Under the pieces are notes generated by a model that saw nothing but the letters and a program-made list of their open reading frames with translations, had not been told where the DNA came from and ran no database searches. The position numbers and the translations under genes are program-made. Below, piece by piece: positions 60,670-64,000 of a stretch of 64,000 bases of DNA. Every line of letters starts with the position of its first letter. Within the stretch, counting starts at the first letter, position 1. The DNA is from Geosiphon pyriformis uo1 (lineage: Eukaryota > Fungi > Glomeromycota), in the NCBI GenBank assembly GCA_016748015.1, contig JAAOMT010000046.1:310001-374000 (forward strand), given 5' to 3'.

Positions 60670-62962
60670 TTTTTTTTATTACAGTTTAACAAGTGAAGCC
60701 CAAAAGCTACCTAGAACAATACATTGAAGAATTAATTTAAACTAAGTGCTAATCATGCATTTTTTACACGTAACCAGTCATTTGAACCAATCAAGAACAC
60801 ACTATGTTAATGCTACAAAAGAAAACTTACCCAGAGATAACATCTTCTAAATGACAGAAAACAAAGTTGTATTGCAAGAAACCAAACCAACTAGTTACTT
60901 GGCAGTTTTAAAGGTGTTAGTTTTAACATTAACAGACTTATGCTCTCAAAAGGACATTAAGTTGGAAAACACCTCATCACCCACAACAGACGGAAGCTTT
61001 AAATTACCAGACATATTAATGTCTTCTATGTAGCATTCTTTTTTCAAAGAAACCACTTCCCTCCCCAACTTATCAAAAGTCTTACTAAAAGAACCCATAT
61101 GTACCAAAACCTCATTAATTCTAAGACCAAAAGCACTACTTAAAACCAAATCACTATTAATAAACTGTTCAAAAGTTGTAACCAAAGAGCCAATAGGCTT
61201 AACAATAGACTCAACCAAAGCAGAAAACTTAGTTAAATCAGATTCTAAAGAAGACAGATAAGACAGCACTAAAGAATTACCAACAACAACTGGAGAAGAG
61301 ACAAGAGGTGACACAGATGCAAACTTAGAGAAGCTCAAGAGAACAGAAGCCTTAGCATAAAACTTAGGACCAACAAAGCATGGTGTAAACACTTTGGAAA
61401 ACTTGGGAAGGGCTGGTGGAGAAATCTTACAGTCCGCAGTCAGATGGCCCAGCTCTTAACACTTGAAACAATGCCAACAACCAGGAGTTTTCTACCAAAT
61501 ATGGCATTTCTTCAGTGTACCAGTTTTAACAATAGCAGAGTCCAAATCAGTTTGAGAACCAAATGTAATCAGAGCAAACCGGGAATGACAACCAGATTCA
61601 GGAGAATGAGGAATAAAACATGTTTGACCACCAACTTAAGAAATCATATTACTAATTTCAAAAGCTGTGCATCCAGAAGGAAAATTGACCAACTTGGCTT
61701 TAAACTTATCACAAGACAAAATAGTCTCATTTTAATTCACCAAAGGGAGGATTCTAACATTATCTTTGCTCACTAAGACTAACCAATAATTCAAAACAGA
61801 CATAGCAGAGTCCAACTTCTCAAAATAAACCACCACATACTGCCAAACACCAACAGGCTTTAGCACAACACAGGTGACACTACCAAACACACTGAAAGCT
61901 GTCTTAATGTCAGCAGCAGACACACCCAAGAGCATATCACGCAGCACAACAGCAGCAGAAGGGGAACTAGACTCAGAAACTACCAAAGACTTGGCAATTT
62001 TGAGAGTGGCCAAGTGTACAAAACTTGTAAGCTCAACCAAAAATGCAGCTTTTAAAGACATTTAAAAAGCAAATTCTACACAAAACAGCTTTATATTGTC
62101 TTTTGACACTGATTTTGCACCTAAAAAACCATGTACTAACTGAAAAACAGTCTTAACATGAGCCAATTTAATCTTAAAAGTAGCATCAGGCACCAGAGTG
62201 GAGGCCATCCATCCAGCAAATCTTTGACAACTAGTAATAGTTTCTCAAGCACCACCAGAAGTAGCACCAGAAACTAGAGGAGGAGATAATTCAGCTTCCA
62301 TTTGATCAGCCCAGTTCTCAAAAACAGGTGACCCAACAGGAAGAAATTGTTTTGCTTCTAAAACCAATAATGATCTACTAGAAGACACCACATTTGGCAA
62401 CACAGCCAGTAAATAATCTTGGCCCATCTTGGATAATGTACTGGATAATACTATAGAGATTTTATTTAAAATCTCATTGGGAACCACAAAGGGGTTTGGT
62501 GTAACAATAGCAGAGACAAGTGACTACTCTCACTTTTCTGAACTTTTGGTTTTTTTAACCATTTTTTTTGAAGAAGTAGTACTAGCAGCACCAAAAAGTG
62601 AATCTATGGAGGAAAAAACCAGCTTATTTACTGGTTTATTATTAAAAATTTTTGGGCTCTTAGTTAGAGTGGAGGCAATACTGGGACTAATCCAAATGTG
62701 TTTCTTTAAGAGAACTTTGACTGGTGAGAAACCAGCCAAAGATAATGAAGATGCTTTAGTGGCTACCAAAGGCAGCTTTTTACAATTACTGGATAAAGAG
62801 AAGGCTTCTAAAACATTCTGTCTAGTTGCTTCTATAACAGAAAAAGCTCCTCTGGTTGAAATTTTATTAGATATCTCAGGACAGATATCAGGTACAGCTT
62901 TTTTACTCTTTGCTCTGGTTGTGGTCATAAAATTAAGGAGACAAAGAGTTTTTTCTTCATTT
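60670..62962 (-). mobile_element. Element F: 2,293-bp non-autonomous, ORF1-only retroelement (HAL1-like) sharing the LINE 3' tail
   Basis: 10-bp TSD aaacaatatt at 60660-60669 and 62963-62972; poly(A); 3' UTR 60684-60801 homologous to the LINE 3' UTRs; no ORF2 sequence. Confidence 0.88.
60802..62928 (-). pseudogene. Element F single ORF, ~708-aa ORF1-like protein (Ser/Pro-rich N-terminus, RRMs, CCHC knuckle, coiled coil)
   Basis: ORF pieces starting at 62928, 62487, 62061 and 61392 share one frame ending at TAG 60802-60804; AAVVLRDMLLGVSAADIKTAFSVFG..WQYVVVYFE aligns with the LINE ORF1 RRM; CFKC*ELGHLTADC. Confidence 0.88.
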
Positions 62963-62972
62963 AAACAATATT

Positions 62973-64000
62973 AATAATAACAACAAAAAAAGTAAAAAAA
63001 TTTTTGATAACAATAATTTTAAAAAAGTTCTGATTTTATTATAAATATAAATACAATTTTTAAAAGAATTTAGATAATACTATTAAGAGTATAATAATAT
63101 AATAATTCTAAAGATAAAATAATTTATGGTTTTTTTATAAAAATAAAACTATTTTTTTGAGTATTTTTGTTAAAGTTTAAGTTAATAAGTTAAGTTAAAT
63201 TGTTTTTATAGTAAGTAAAAATTTATTTTAATATATTTATAGATTTTTGTATAAATTTTTTCTAGTGTATTTACAAAATTATAAAATTAATAATAATTAG
63301 TGTGTTTTTAAAATGCTTTATAAAAATTGGTTTTTACAGATTTTGGGTTAATTGTTTTTTTTAAATTGTATTTAATTTTCTTATTAATATAAAAATTAAA
63401 AACTAATTTTAAAAAAAAATAATTGGTAATTAATTTTAAGTCTTTTTAAAAACATTTGTATAATAGTATTATAAATTTTAAATGGTTGGTTTTTGTAAAT
63501 TTAAATTTTGTTATTTTTGTTAATTAGTATAATAATACTTTTGTTTTTTGTGAATTATATTTTACAAAGTGCACTAAGTAATTTTTAGAATTATAAAATT
63601 TTTTATAACTTAATGCTTAGTATAATTTAATAATAAATTTAAAAGTTTTTTTAAAGATTTTAAGTTGGAGTTTTTTGTACAATAAACAAAAATTCAATAT
63701 AATAATTAATAACACTTAATGTCTAACTTTTTTAGCATATTAATCAGTTTATTTTAGTGTTTTTTACTTTTTTATTAAGCAATTTTAGTTTTTTTAACTA
63801 TTTTTTTAGTGTTTTTATTAAACAATTTTTGATATTATAATCTTAATACTTTTAATTAATTAATTAATAATCATAAAACAAAACAAAGAAAAAATAAAAA
63901 TAAAAATAAAAATAAAATATAAATTAATATTTTATTAATAGCTATAACTAAGAACTATTGTTTCAATATTATTAATAATAGTATATTAATATTATTGGTA
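62973..64000 (-). mobile_element. 5' part of the old family-A-like Gypsy A3: LTR (~63580 to window end), PBS remnant (~63555-63577), gag N-terminus
   Basis: 63870-63975 aligns with the solo LTR at 3700-3830; minus-strand ttagtgcactttgtaaaatataatt resembles the A1 PBS region; KTNHLKFI resembles RTNHLGFA. Confidence 0.55.

Noticed and set aside
62429-62974. 181-aa plus-strand ORF, and the many other antisense ORFs over the LINEs
   Set aside because: Shadows of the coding strand with no independent motifs; similarity between copies follows from the sense ORF.

Overview
This 64-kb window contains no recognisable host gene. It is a nested pile of decayed eukaryotic transposons, most likely from a Glomeromycotina fungus; the proteins resemble Geosiphon/AMF repeats from memory, which I have not verified. 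Contents: (i) five full-length 6.7-6.9-kb LINEs (A-E), each with ORF1 (2xRRM, CCHC knuckle, coiled coil) and ORF2 (APE endonuclease, RT with FVDD, RNase H, Cys/His finger), and 9-12-bp TSDs; (ii) a 2.3-kb ORF1-only non-autonomous element (F) with its own TSD, a divergent ORF1 and the same structured 3' tail as the LINEs; (iii) a complete 9,998-bp Ty3/Gypsy element (A1: 4-bp TSD, PBS, PPT) whose pol carries Cys-rich modules and a dUTPase between PR and RT, plus an extra ORF3 after the integrase; (iv) further family-A LTRs and relics, and two older family-B Gypsy relics; (v) an intron-containing hAT transposase relic split by three later insertions. All ORFs are pseudogenised by C>T/G>A transitions that are not restricted to CpG. 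The most notable observations are the ORF1-only element, the shared multi-stem/pseudoknot 3' tail, the conserved Gypsy ORF3, the Cys-rich/dUTPase insert, and the RIP-like mutation spectrum. All alignments and translations were done by eye.
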